Part shown: piece by piece, positions 1 through 18,500 of the stretch
Numbering within the stretch: position 1 is the stretch's first letter
Layout of the letters: each line of letters starts with the position of its first letter
Source: Zygnema circumcarinatum SAG 698-1b
Lineage: Eukaryota; Plantae; Zygnematophyceae
Direction of reading: 5' to 3'
NCBI GenBank assembly: GCA_037447605.1
Contig: CM074817.1
Location: forward strand, 2,108,001-2,172,000
Length of the DNA: 64,000 nt
Translations under genes and position numbers: made by a program
Notes under the pieces: generated by a model
The model's input: the letters and a program-made list of their open reading frames with translations, nothing else
Databases searched by the model: none
What the model was told of the DNA's origin: nothing

Positions 1-285
1 AATCGTCCTCCTGCCCTCCGCCGACCTCCCCCTTCCTTCCCTCCCTTCCCCCCTCCAACTCTCACTCTCCCCTCTCTATCTCCTCTCTCTCTATACTCTC
101 TCTCTGTTCTCTCTCTCACTTTCACTTTCTCCGCATTATGACTCATGCACTCCTCCACCCTCTCTATCTCTATTCTCGTCACGTAGAACTCGAGACACAA
201 AACCATCCCTCCAAATACTCGATTCACTCTGTTTCCCTCCCATCCACCTCCTTCCCTTTCCAGGATTCTCCTCGCCCTCCCTCAC

Positions 286-456
286 CTGCATCCATTTCGA
301 AGTGTGTGTGATCTCGGTCGAGACACTGCGGGTCGACCCGAGGGGTGAGATGCAAACAGCAGGAGGAGGGCACCCCAGAGCCCGCCACGTGGCAGGCTGC
401 AGACGCCATACGCGGCCGAAGACCCGTCCTGCAGAGCGCAGGAGAGGGGGCGCCAT
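286..456 (-). CDS. NDUFS6: Mitochondrial complex I 13 kDa-A subunit (NDUFS6-like), first coding exon; remainder lies left of the window
   Basis: Arg/Ala/Leu-rich presequence followed by THTSKWMQ, matching the plant NDUFS6 motif NHTAKWMQ(DRSKKSP). gcggccATG context; CAG|GTGAG donor at 285. Confidence 0.8.
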
Positions 457-1827
457 GGCCGCCGCGACCTGTTAACCCTAAAATCCTCCGTTTTCTGGAT
501 TCCGCCTCTCCTCTCTCACCGTTCTTGAGTCCGTCACATGGTACGAGCCATCCCATCGCATGGTACCATGCATGCATGCATGGTTGCATGGTACATGCCA
601 TGCTTGTCCATGTAATAGTGTGAACTTTATGGTATGCAGAACCACAATGTTGCGCATTAACACGACATACATGCACATCACATTTCGGCATGTGCACAAT
701 CAATGGCGTGTCATTACATCGTTTTTGTTGCCAACAATAATGGCCTAATTTTTTTTTCAACAACCGAGCAGCAGTTTACAGTAGGGGGTTGCAGACTTCA
801 AGAAATCTTATGAACAAGAAAGGTTAGGAAGTACTTCGCCGCAGCAGGATCGCGATGTCACCGGAGTACTCGTTCTGGTCCAAACTTGCGAACAACTTTG
901 GAGCTCTGACATTCCCTAATGTTGATGTGACCTTCACGAACGTTTGGATCCAAGAGTGCCGAGAGTCCATTTTTCCACTTTATTAGTTCATTTTTTTTTT
1001 TCCCGTTCTCAATTGACAGAAGAGAAGGACCAGCCCTGCAGAACAGTGAGACAAGCAGTGATTTTTCGACCCTCAAAAAAGATGGCAAAACATTCGTCAT
1101 TTTCGTAACCACCAATATCACACTAACTTTGCCGATCGATATTGGCGGTTGCAGCTTACACATGGGGTTTTGGGGCCTTTAGGGTTTTCAGGCTTTCTAG
1201 GGTTTCTAAGGATTCTAGAGTTTTAAGGGCGTCCAATTTTTTTAGGTCAGCCTTACAACGAACATAGAAACGATCCGTACCACTGCATTTCAAAAATGCA
1301 TGAAAGTACTGCTACAAGGGGTCACTTGACCACTTCAGGTACCCCAAAAAAAACCCATCTCAGCCTCCCATCTCCTACTCGCCTACCTCCCGTCATTCTC
1401 ATATTCTCATTCAATCTCATCGTCTCTCTCATTCTCCCTCCCTCTATCTCCTCTCATTCTCACTCTCTCATTCTCTCCCCCTCATCCACCGACCCAACCC
1501 CCCCCCCCCTCTCTCTCCTCTCCCTTTCTTTCTCTCTCCGAGTGTACGACTGCAGAGTCTGCACCAATGCTGTAATTTCGGCTTTATATTACAGAAATAT
1601 TTACAGCAAGCGCCTCGTCAAAGTCTCCTTATAAATCTGCAACTAAAGCAGCCCCACATAACCAACCTGCTTATTCATACATGTAGAACCGCTTCCTTCA
1701 GAAACCTGCCTTGCTGGCAGTAGGACATACGCTCATACTTCGAAACTTGACGAAAAAAAAAACTGAAATCTTCAAAGGGGTCGCAACTTCCGCCTTTGCC
1801 CACAACACACAAATCCATTTGATAAAG

Positions 1828-4412
1828 TCACTTCCACTTCAGTTCGCGCCACACGTCAACTTTATTGAGGCGCTTGTTCTTCTTTGGGAAGAAGTCAAGC
1901 TTGAACTCAAGACCCAATGCCCCAAGGAGCAGCTCCGTGTCATAGTCAGTCGGCTCTTCTGAAGTTCGATCAACCCGTCGATTTGTTACAGTTAATATTG
2001 CCTCAGTACTGAGCCGAGTCATTTGAAAAATTCCCGGCAGCATAAAGGAGTTTTTGAAGGTTATGAACAGAGAGCTGCCTCGTAGATCCCTCCCACAACA
2101 GAGCTCCACTCAGCGAATGCAGATTGTGCATGGGTAAGAAGAATGCGAAAGTGGAGGAGAGAGTACAGCCCATGGAAGCTTAACAAACAGCAGATCCTGA
2201 TTCAAGAAAAGAGACTAAGCGCATCGAAAAGGTTTCTGAAACGAGCACATTCCTTAACTCTTCAGTAAGACGAGAAACATATGCCTGCGATGCATTTCCA
2301 CTCTTTCCCACTCTCACCTTCCCACGAGAGTGAGACTGTCTCCACGGCACTGCATCAAGTGAGCTGTTTTGTGATCACTTAACCGCAGCGCGATCACGTC
2401 AATGTTCAGAAGCTTTCCTGCACCTTCCGTGGCTCGTCGGGGGCTGCCCTTTATGCCCTGCAGATGCACTCCCAGCTGCACGCACAGCCCTCGCACTCCT
2501 GTATGTGAGCCTACACATGTTGGACTCACATGTGTGATGATGGATGTACGTTCAAGCGTAAGAGCTGCGGAGGATTCTCTGCTCTCTCTGTTTGTGGAAA
2601 TAATCTAACACGCAAGTGTTTGGCTAAACAAATGACTTTGCAGCGCTTTGTGTCCAGTGATGATTCCGGTCCCTTGAGAAGCAAACTTCATGTGGTAGGC
2701 AGCAAAGCCATTTGCATAAAAATGCCGTGTTTGAATGTAGAAATCCTAAACTTCCGGAGAACAGACTGAATGACATTCTCAGACATATAGACATGAGTAC
2801 TTGCTACAGTATTAAGTATGGATACTTCCAAGACAGGGTTTCACTCACATTCATATCCGGCAGTCGAAATGCGACACTGTCTTTGAGCAATATAGACTCT
2901 AAATCCTGTCCTCCGGCTATGCGGTGCGAGAAGACCGGTTTGTTCCGATAGGAAACATCGAGAAGGAACAAAATGTCGGCCAGGAATTTCTCCGTCCGGT
3001 TGGATGCCACATTCAACTGCAATTCACCACCTACGGAAAACTGCAGCTGATAAAACCTGCCGGAAAACGAAGAAAAAAAGAGCCTTCTTCACAGTGGATC
3101 CCACAGATAATATGGAAGTTAAGTCCATACAGGCATCTCACCAGCGGAAGTTGGAATCCCAGGGAAGTTGCAAATTATACCCTTGTTGTCGTCATGTCTT
3201 CCATAAGAAAACAGGAGAGTAACTTGCATTCAGTCTCTGATTATCTTACATTGTGTAATTCATGTAAAGAATCATAGGGTCACGAAAGATATGTGATTCT
3301 TACTTTCGATAACCACCCAAATACAATATGTGCTCTTCAGCCTGCGAGCAATGGAGGGAAGGCCACCGCTGAACGCATGCCATTTGCCATAGACCGTCGT
3401 CCTCACATGCCTGGCAGAAAGGACAAGGAACAGAAACCGAACAAGTGAGAACTGCACACATCTCCTTCATACAAAAGGAAACATTATGCAGATAAGTAAT
3501 GGGCAAGTAATTATCGAGTAAAGCCAGAGGGGGCTCTTGCTGCTTCAAATGATTTTGCTGAAAACGATTCGCGTTATTTCTAAGTAGACGAATTCTACCA
3601 GGCATTAGTTAAGTTCTTCTATTCGACTGGCCAAACTCAAACTACGTTGCTCACAGACATAGCAAATCCGAAGGAGCGAATAATTGTCAAAAAGGACCAA
3701 ATGTTGCACAACGGACTATGAAATGCCGACGCCAATAAGTTAAAAAAAAAATGGTTTCTCCGGCACTGTCCCATTCACCCATAGACTCTCAGAGAAGGCA
3801 CGAGCAAGCCCAAAAGCAGGGCTTTTGAGGGTATGTCCACCTGGCGGAAGGAGCGTGAAAGGCAGCAAAGGACGGCTAATCCAGGAGCTCCGAGTTGCCC
3901 TGTTTGTATGAGCAGCTCCACGACGGTGTGCTCAACAGTGCACGAAATCTCCACTCGACGTCTTTTCCGGGGGCTGCCCTCTCGCCTGCTGGTAGTCCCA
4001 CACACTGATTTCCTCGGAACCAGGCAACAAGCACCAAAAACTATCGCAACTTCTGAGCAGGTTTCACGACCAAGGGATGCTAAAAGGCACAGCCTCTTCT
4101 GACCTTCCACTGCTACCGTTTTCCTGTACAGATGGTTTGTTTTTCTACAAGACGTCAGCTTGAAGGCAGTTCACAATTGACATCGAAAGATGTGATGGAA
4201 ATCAAACACAGGTTCAGTTCTACTGATTACAAGGACGAAGCTCTGGACATAAGCTGAACGGAAATCCTAAGTTTCGACTGCGAAACTCCTACGGCTGCCC
4301 CGACTAGGACTGAGACTCTTTGAAACCGAGGCGGGTCAGAATCATTGCCGCTTACTGGAATTCGAAGCTCCATACAAACTACTGAAAGGCTGAACGCATA
4401 CATCATATTCAC
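1828..4412 (-). CDS. Multi-exon F-box protein (plant-type F-box with C-terminal domain); 5' start uncertain
   Basis: Spliced exons (~3841-4126, 3304-3410, ~2849-3056, ~2318-2462, ~1828-2070) give VELLIQTGQLGAPGLAVLCCLSRSFRQ|ACEDDGLWQMACVQRWPS...GGYRK|FY...DILFLLDVSYRNKPVFS. This is an F-box helix pattern plus the LW..C..RWPS/GG.R.FY signature of plant F-box proteins. The 4126/3410/3056 junctions are GT-AG and phase-compatible. Confidence 0.65.
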
Positions 4413-4889
4413 TTTGAAATACAGGATCGGAAGTGAATACCTGGAATAACTAGTTTCTGAAGACCCTAAAACTCTGAACCCTAAAAAACGATATAAAACA
4501 TCTAAGACGGAAAATAGACTCTACGAAATTCAAACACTTGTTACAAGACGAGTCAAAAACAGAGAGCGGGAGAGCGGCAGCTCACCGGCGGCAGAAGAGG
4601 ATGCCAAAGAAAGCACGCTGGAAACATAGCGACTCACAGAGCCCCACATGGCGTCTGGAGGCCGCGACGCGACGCGTGGCAGAAGACCGGCTGTTGCGTG
4701 CAGGGGACTGGCAGGCGTCAGCGCGAGAGGCGAAGCCTCAAGCCTTCACACCCTGAAATATCTGAAAACATTTCCAGAGGGCGCTGAAGGCCTTGCTGCT
4801 GCAAGGGCGGCGCTGCCGGCAGGAGGACCCACCCGGTCGCCATGGCCCACCCCTGAAAGCTGGAGGTGGGGGGGAAGGCGCGCAGGCGG

Positions 4890-5100
4890 TTGTAGGGTTT
4901 CGATACATTCGATACGAACCGCGATACCTCATGAACAGTATACTGTAAACGATGCGATGCGATACATTCACAGTACGATATATTATACGCCATTTGAACT
5001 AGAATATATCGTATCGTATCGCATCGGATTGAAGTGGAGTGCGAATCTTTTTCCAATTATTCGATACAGTACGATACATTCCGATATTGGACCTGCGCTT
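4890..5100. repeat. Degenerate CGATA/GTATCG-rich repeat tract
   Basis: Many copies of CGATAC/CGATGCGAT and their complements in ~210 bp. Confidence 0.55.
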
Positions 5101-5149
5101 GGACCTCGTTTGACCATGGTCAGCGGTCGACCCAAATTTTGTCTCAGTA

Positions 5150-5420
5150 GAGCCAACCAACTAGCCAGCCAGCAACCAAACAGCCAGCCAACTAACCAGT
5201 CAGCCCGCCAACTAAACAGCTAGCGAACCAATTAGCTAGCCAGTTAGCCAACCAGCCAACTAACCAATTATTCTCAGCCGGCTTACTAGCCAACCAACCA
5301 GCTAACCCGCTTCCGCCCGCCGGCCTACTAGCCCACCATCAACAAACCAACTATTGCCAACCAACCAAACAACCAACCTACAAACCAACCGTTGCCAATC
5401 ATTACCAACTGCTTGCCGCA
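5150..5420. repeat. Degenerate (AACC/AGCC)n tandem low-complexity tract
   Basis: Direct reading: aaccaactagccagccagcaaccaaacagccagccaactaacc... Confidence 0.75.
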
Positions 5421-6054
5421 ACCAACTGGCGCCACCATAGATATTATTTTTTTCAAGTTTGGAGAGTGCCCGAGTGACACCCATCTGGGCGGCCCTTCCT
5501 TGCGATGGCGGAGGCCATCCATCAAAGTCCAGAAAGAAAGAAGCACAGAAGACGGGGAAAAGGATTCATGGGGCAAAAAAAAAGCAGCGAAACTGACTAC
5601 GGTTCAGTTTTAAGGAAAAGTGGGAACGCGCTCTCTGATCCTGCAGCAAGCCATTTTCCTTTTTAAGCTGTAACCCCCCCCCACCCCCCCGACCCCCCCC
5701 CTTCTAAACCACCCGCCATCGTACTCAGCCGCCATAGTCTTCAAGTCTTCGAGTCTTGCCATTGGTTGATGCCATTGATGCTACCTCAGGGCATTGCCAT
5801 GATGCCATTATGCTCTACATTGCTATTTTTTTACATGGTATCCGAAGGCCTCATTGTCAAGTGCTTTGAAATGGTCAACGAAAGTCAACGCATTTATGCG
5901 CATGCAAAAGTTATTTTCAGAATAACTTGCATGCGTACCATGCGCCCTGTTCTTCTTCTATGGCCGAGTGAGTGAGTCACAGACACCTACAGCTCTAAAG
6001 CACAGACAGGAGCAAAAAAAAATCCCAATTCGAACTTGTACAGGAGCTCCTGGG

Positions 6055-6099
6055 CACGTCACGTCACGTCACGTCACGTCACGTCGTGTCACGTCACGT
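6055..6099. repeat. (CACGT)n pentanucleotide microsatellite just downstream of the cyanase stop
   Basis: cacgtcacgtcacgtc... run. Confidence 0.85.
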
Positions 6100-6113
6100 T
6101 GAGTCGAGTTCGG

Positions 6114-7910
6114 TCAATCCAATGACGTCGCCGAGAGCGTTGCCGTATTGTTTTCCGCCAACTGCAAATTTACAATGAGCAGGAGGAGCTGTATGAGCTG
6201 TCTGCATAGAAACCGCAATAAAAGCAGGTAAAGCACCCAACTTTTTCATACTTGAAAGCAGTTATCCGTTTCCTTGCAACTCCAGCAATCGAGAACTTAC
6301 CCCTTCAACATGTGGCAAAAATTTACCTGCCATGCACACCCATACCGGAGTACAAAGTGAGCGGTCAGCAGAAGCAAAGTGATGAGGACGAAAAGTCAAA
6401 CATAAAAAGAGCAGTTTCATCAACTATGTATATGCAGACTAAACAGGAGCACCGATGGTTCATCGACTTCAGCAAACAACAAAAAGGACAAATGATTTGA
6501 ATACCGAGCCCATCCTGCTTGCGAAAGAGCGCTGCAGTTTCTGGCAACATGGCCGAATCTCACAAGTTTTCTTCTGATTTCTATGTTGCAATCTGACTCA
6601 CCATTGAACGTGATCACTGCACGAGTCTCGCCATTTACACCCTTAATTTTATCAACCGTGCAGTAGAAGTCAATGGCTGACATGCTGCAACGCCACGTGG
6701 ACCCATATGAAGACAATTTCCCAAATAAATTTCATCCTTCAGCACTAAGCAGGATGGTAAAGATAGCACCCTTGAGGGACAAACCACCGGAGGTATTAAA
6801 TATGCCCCGTTTGTGAAGCATAATATACACTTCCTTCGTTTCTTTTCGTTAGGATCGCTATTGACAAAAGTAATGCCTAAACGGCTCATACCAAACAACT
6901 CACATGGAATCAAATTATATAAGTCAATCTGAAACGAGGGTCATTGATCCGTGCTTGAGTTGAGTAGCTCACATGCCATCACCGAACTTCTCATTTGCAA
7001 CTGCTCTCATAGCCTCTCCGTTATGCATAACCGCTTCATAAAGCCTGCAAGAACATCACGAGGATTTTATAAAGAAACTCAGTTAACATTATGACCCAGC
7101 GTCAGCGATTCGCTTGCGGACCAAATCAGTTCCCGAATAGCGCAAATTTGAAACATTGCGTGACGGTGAATCGTAAAACAGGAAAAAGGAAGACCTGCCA
7201 AAACATCACCAAATGAAGCAAACATATTTCATTTTTTTGGGTCTTAAAAACGCAAGATTGGTGGATTTTAAGGGGTTTGTGTCCTACCTATAAATGAAGG
7301 GATCCTGTATGAGTTCCTTACTGAAGCTGCGTTTGGGACATTCCATCATCTTCTGTATAACTTCGTCAGGGAGATCGGGCACGACTTCCAGGAGCTTCTC
7401 CATCGTCTTTGGCTTCAGCTGAGCCTGACATTATATAGAGCACAAAAGATAAAAAAAAAAAAAATTTAAGAAAAAATAAATACACAATGATTCACTGTGC
7501 CAGCTATACCTAAACGGCACTCCCACTTTCACCATCCCCTCCAAACAATCCCCGCCTATCCCTCTCCCTCCCACGTGTCCCTGTACATCAAAAGCTCGTT
7601 CTTTTTTCCTCTAACCCCCCCCGCACTCACCTTTTCTTTTCTCCGTCCACCTCCCTCTATCAATATTCTCTTCCCTCTGGCCATTCCCCTCTCTCTCTCA
7701 CTCTCTCTCTCTCCCTCTCCCCCTTTTCCCTCTTCTCTCCGTCTCCCCGCTCCCTCCAGCAGCGCGGCCTGCGCGAACCTGCAGATGAAAGAGCTGCGCC
7801 GCGTAGACGTTGGTCAGGCCCGTGGCGGCGGCGATCTCTTCGAAGCTTTTTGAGCTCTCGCGCTTTGCCTCCAGCGCAGCTGTCACGTACTCCTCCTTTA
7901 TGCTCGCCAT
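6114..7910 (-). CDS. CYN: Cyanate hydratase (cyanase), 6 exons: 7779-7910, 7288-7424, 6973-7044, 6602-6684, 6301-6326, 6114-6161
   Basis: Spliced protein [48 protein letters not shown]...[39 protein letters not shown]...VITFNGKFLPH. Contains the cyanase signatures P.IYR.YE and E.FGDGIMSAIDF; all introns GT-AG and in frame. Confidence 0.96.
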
Positions 7911-8540
7911 GGCTGCTCCCCCTCCCTCCCTCCTCCCTCCCTCCCTCTCTCCCTCCCCCTCTCTCCCTCTCCCTCCCTCACTCTCTCCCTCCCTCCCTCT
8001 CTCTCTCCCTCCCTCTCTCTCGCCCTCCCTCCTTCCTCGTCCCTCTCTCCCTTCCTCCTCCCTCGTCCCTCCGTCCCTGAAGAGCCGCAGCAAGTCCCCC
8101 CCTTCCTTTCCGTACGGTCCGCCTCCATGCCGTGCGCTGCTACCGTTGGCCTCTAGGCAATGCTTTGTTGTCGTCTTTTGTCCGTACCAAACATTAGTAA
8201 GGCCATTTTCTGGATCGATTGAATCGAAAAATGGGGTACTCTTTTATCCGCTAATCAGACAACGTCACGTGGAGAAATTCGCGATTGATTTCATTCGTAC
8301 GGCTAAAAAGTACGAATCAATCCAATAATCATTTTACGGCCCGTGCGCAGTTCAAAGCCGTTCCGTCCGCTGTCGGAATTTTTGATTTTTCGACCATGGA
8401 ACCAGAATGCCCTCACTTCCGTGCTCTCAGCCGTCCGATCCCCCATCACCGTTTTTGTCCTCCTATCGGACGGCTCTCCTCTGCCCATCCGCGGATGGCG
8501 TGGGGGCTCAAATCTCCACTCAAGCCTCCCCCGTAACCTC

Positions 8541-8599
8541 AGCCAATCAGATCCTGCCACATCTGCATACTGCATGACATGGCACTATATGATTGGTTT
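8541..8599. promoter_or_regulatory. Inverted pair of CCAAT-N9-CCAC-like composite motifs in the CYN/MTHFR divergent promoter
   Basis: AGCCAATCAGATCCTGCCACAT...ATGACATGGCACTATATGATTGGTTT; each half is one mismatch from CCAAT-N9-CCACG. Function is inferred. Confidence 0.45.
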
Positions 8600-8790
8600 A
8601 TCTAGATCCTACTCCTGCCCTGTGTGGTTCCGCCTGGCCTCCGCGCACCTTCCGCGTTCCTTCTGCTCCTGCCTGCCATAGGCCCTGCCTATCTGCTTCC
8701 TGCCACGCTCCCTCACTCTCCCTACCGCTCTCTCTCTCTCTCCCTCCCTCCCTCCCTCCCTCCCTCCCTGCAGGAGGCCCTCAGGCCGCC

Positions 8791-14341
<5,551 letters not shown>

Positions 14342-15599
14342 CGAAGGGTGCCCAAATCAGTTAGGAAGGTGTATTTCATGACCCTGTCTAGGCTCACTTT
14401 TTTGCAGGCAACCTATTGTCACAAGGTACATCTTGCTCCCCTTCAGGTAGTTAATTAGTCACAAGTTGGTGCGATAGTCTAAAGTGCAGTGCACAAGCAG
14501 AGCGCCTTTATTCATCACTTAATGACAATGCCGCCAAGTACTTACTGCATGGAGATTAAATCCCTTCAGTCGAGTTTCCTTTTTAAAAATCGATAATCCC
14601 ACTCTGTGCTCGCTATCAAGACTTGGACCTCTTCCCACTACTTCGTTTACTCTTTTTATTTGTCACCTTGCGCATGTGAGATTTTCATATGCATTAGGGG
14701 GTTCCAGATTTTCTAGAAAAAAGTCACCGTGGAACTTGGTTTTGAAGGAAGTACACATGGTTCACGTCTTTAGGGATATTTCGGTAAACAGTTGGACTGG
14801 TGATCGATGACCAATGACCGCCGACCGATGATCGATGTGCTTTCAGCTCAGGGAGCGCCTCGTACTCCTTGCAGCCGTGCCCATGGGCAAAGGGAACTGA
14901 TTCAAAATCTTGTGAACCAATACAAATGAACATCTCCGTGACTCAAGGACAGTGACAATGACAAGAATTGCCTTGATCAGAATGGCTAAACGTTTTTGGT
15001 TGTTGTCGTTCTCTGCTTGTGTTTGTCCATCTTTCTCTCTCTCACTCCCTCCCTCTCCCCCTTATCTCTCTCTCGACCTCTCACGCTCTGTCTGCATGTT
15101 CTTTTCTATCTCACGGGCCGTCGTTTTCCGTATTTGACTGTCTCTCTCTATCTGACGTGTTGGTACGTTTTACTATCTCTCTCTCTCTCCCTCTCTCTCT
15201 CTCTATGTATGTTACCATGACTCGTTGACTTAATCGTTCATTCGACAACTGACAATTCAGCAAGTCAAGTAAATGAACGATCTTGGCTTCTATAGACCAC
15301 TTGCCCGGGGCTCCATTGTGGCTAAACCTTGTAGTGTGCTTATATAAAATCAACCAACCGGCTCAAAAGACGGTGCAACGGTAACGGATAGCAACGGTAC
15401 TATATTACAAGTACAGAGAACGGTCCTCAAGCTTATTGAGGGTACCTCTGCCCAGATTATTCAAGATTCGTCCCAGAAAACAAAACAAAAAAAAAATTAC
15501 AAGGTTTGCCATTCCATGGCCTCCCACTTCTTCGGAAGAAGATAGCGCTCCCCATAACAAAAAAGGCGCCGGCAAAAAATACATTCATAGACCAACAAT

Positions 15600-18500
15600 T
15601 TAAAGAGGCCGCTGCGTACCCTTTGAAAGCAAAAATTGCACATCTTCATCGACAGGTTGATGCATAGCAAGAAGTGGATTGCTCTCATCAGATGCAAAAT
15701 GGGCCCTCTGGTTGAAAGTGGAGTTCTCAAGTCTCTGGATAATATCCATTGGTGAAGGATGGTAAAATAACCGGAAATACTTGAATGCCAACATGGGCCC
15801 TAAGCCCACCACCGTTACAAGCTGCCATCCGCCGTCCGGGAAAAATTCAGAATAAGCAGAAGTCCAAGGTTGGTGTTTGAATAAGTGTTACGGCAATGCT
15901 ACTTCAGAGAGAAGTGAGACAAAGCTTAGAGTGCAGACTCTGACTGTGCGGAGATGTTTGATGGGCATGCAACACATAAGAGAAAAAAAACGAGAAAAAA
16001 AAGGGGTTGAGAGAGAGAAAGAGAGACGTACCAGCATGGCTAGCCAATAACTAGGATCCACGATTAGGCGAAACATTATTGTATACATTCCCCCCCAAGG
16101 AAGGAGGCTGACAGCAAAATTGGCAATGTAGAAGATGATAAGACTGCCCCAGATGGCGAGGTGATGGTATACAGTGAAGGATCTGAGGGGAGGGCAGAGG
16201 GAGGAGGATAAGAAGAGGGGAAACAGGAGAAGAGAAAGAAGAGAGAACACACAGCAGTATTCACATGGGAAACACAGACATAAGATCACATTATTCCGCA
16301 CCCTATAAGCATTCGAAGCAGCTAAGCGCTCAGCTTCACTTTAGGTGCTCGCTTTGGCCCACCTTGTTTCCATGGCTGCAGTTAAGGTTGCCAACAGTAC
16401 GCAGCCGGAGACCGAGGCTACAGCCATTTCCTCGGAGTCACTACGCTCCTTTGAAAAAGTTCCAACCATCACGAAATAAACCACTTCTGCCTGCGAAGGG
16501 GGTACAAAGAACTCCATTCATTCAATAAAGAAAGTGATAAATACATCATCATTGATTCGCTTGTCGCACATGGCTGGAAATGCATGCAATGCTGTCCTCT
16601 ATGGATAGAACATTGCTGTGAAACAATGAACATGGCTTGTCCATTGCTGATATATATGTATATTTTTAAAAAGAAACAATAAGAAGCTCAAGCTTGCGAG
16701 TTTGGAGAGATGTTCGGGAAAGCAGCGCACATGGAACAGCGCAGTCACAAGCCAACCGGTGAAAGTGCGCAGGTTCAGTAACCTGAAAATGAACACAAGC
16801 AAAAAGGATTCCTCATCACAAAGAACAGCAGAGAGGCGAAGAGTGAGAGGGGAGACGAGTAGCGGAGAAAACAGAGCGAGGAGTGGCAGGGGGAGAGAGA
16901 ACGAGAAATGATCTTGTTCTGCATATACCCATCAAAGGCATGGAAGGCAGAAACATATTTCCCGACACATGAAACACATAGAGATGTTTCAGCATGCTAA
17001 AGGACTACTGAAGAAGAACTGCGAGCAGTCCTGGGATTACTATATCTGTCCATATTCATTCCTTTTTACCATCGTGTATGAGCATGCAGATAAAAACCCA
17101 CGTATGCTTGCCACCGATGCATGTGATTTTAAGGCTTTCGCATGCATGGCTGTGCGCGTAGAAGCGGCGGCTCACCTTCCCCTGTGGCTGTATTGCAAGA
17201 TGCGGGGATGTGACATGATGGTTGCTTCGGACACATCCTTTTCAAGAGCATACATGAAGCATGGAAGAGAAGTGTATAGTACATTGTAAGCCATTAGACT
17301 GAAGGTGTTAAACAAGCTACTGCCTGAAACATAGGAGAAAAGCGCATACCTGCAAAGGAAAAAAAATCAAAAAAAAAAAAAAGAAAAAAAAAAAACAATT
17401 CACATTACTCTCACAACTTCAGCACATCAATCACAACTTCAAATCAAAAACATACTTTGCGTAGAAATGAAGGCCTAAAAGTTTTCGAGAAGAGGACAAC
17501 ATACATGGCCTGCATCCAGGCGAGAAGCAGAGATTTGTAGAACGAGTACTGTGAAACCATCACAGATCGCATGTAGGCATATCGCCCGTGTATAAGAATG
17601 AGTCGGCTCAGGAATCGGAATTCTGCAGCATCGACAAATGCAGATAAAGTAAACGAAGTGAAAAGAACATCTCCAGCAGAAAAACCCCAGCTTCGCCACA
17701 TAGCATAACATGAAATCGACTTTCTTTCATGTACAAAATAAGTTCTAACTTTCCCGGAAGAGAAGGCACAGAAAATTCTGCTTTGGAGACTGTACAACAC
17801 AGGACATGCAAAAACAAGAAACATGCGAGGATGTTGAAAAGTGGGGTCGATTCCACCCCAAAAACTTCAAAGTTTTTCCAAAGTGGCTCCTTAGAGAGCC
17901 TTTCTCAACATCCATCACATGAATGCGCACTCTTAAACTGCTTACATCATCAATAGGGTGCTGCGAATTCACTAATTTACTCACTTCCAATGGAGAAATC
18001 TGCCGCTCGGGCTGCCTGACATCCCTCCTTTCCGCTTATCCCCACCCCAACATGTGCCAATTGGATCATGCGAACATCGTTCCCACCATCTCCAACAGCC
18101 ATGGTTCGAAAGTCGCTGTTCTTCACAAGCATGACCAGCTGTATACAGTTTTAGCCACAACAAATGACGTTAGTTAGTCATGTCGATAACGTGAATGTTG
18201 TGATGGTACATAGAGCTCCATTTCACACATGAAGTCCCATATGTGTACTATTATGTTTTCATGATTTTGCTATAGAAATTCAAGCCAATGCCATCTAAAA
18301 CAGCGCAGTGGGTTCGACAACGGCAAAAACGAGAATTCTCTCAATTGGAGCAGCCGAATTCAAAGGGAAGATGACCTCTTCTACCTGCGCCTTCTGTGAT
18401 GGCGTGACGCGACAACAAATTCCGGTCGCTACCTGCATAGCCAAAGCAGTGAAGGCCTCCCTCTGCTCGGACAAAACTAATTCTAAAGTCTCTCCTTCCA

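Noticed and set aside
2813-2826. GTATCCAT as a possible U12 donor in the F-box gene
   Set aside because: Only a partial consensus, no TTCCTTAAC-like branch site near the candidate acceptors, and a standard GTGAGT donor lies nearby.
14724-14933. Minus-strand ORF as a separate gene or last ALA2 exon
   Set aside because: No homology recognised; cannot be linked to ALA2 without transcript data.
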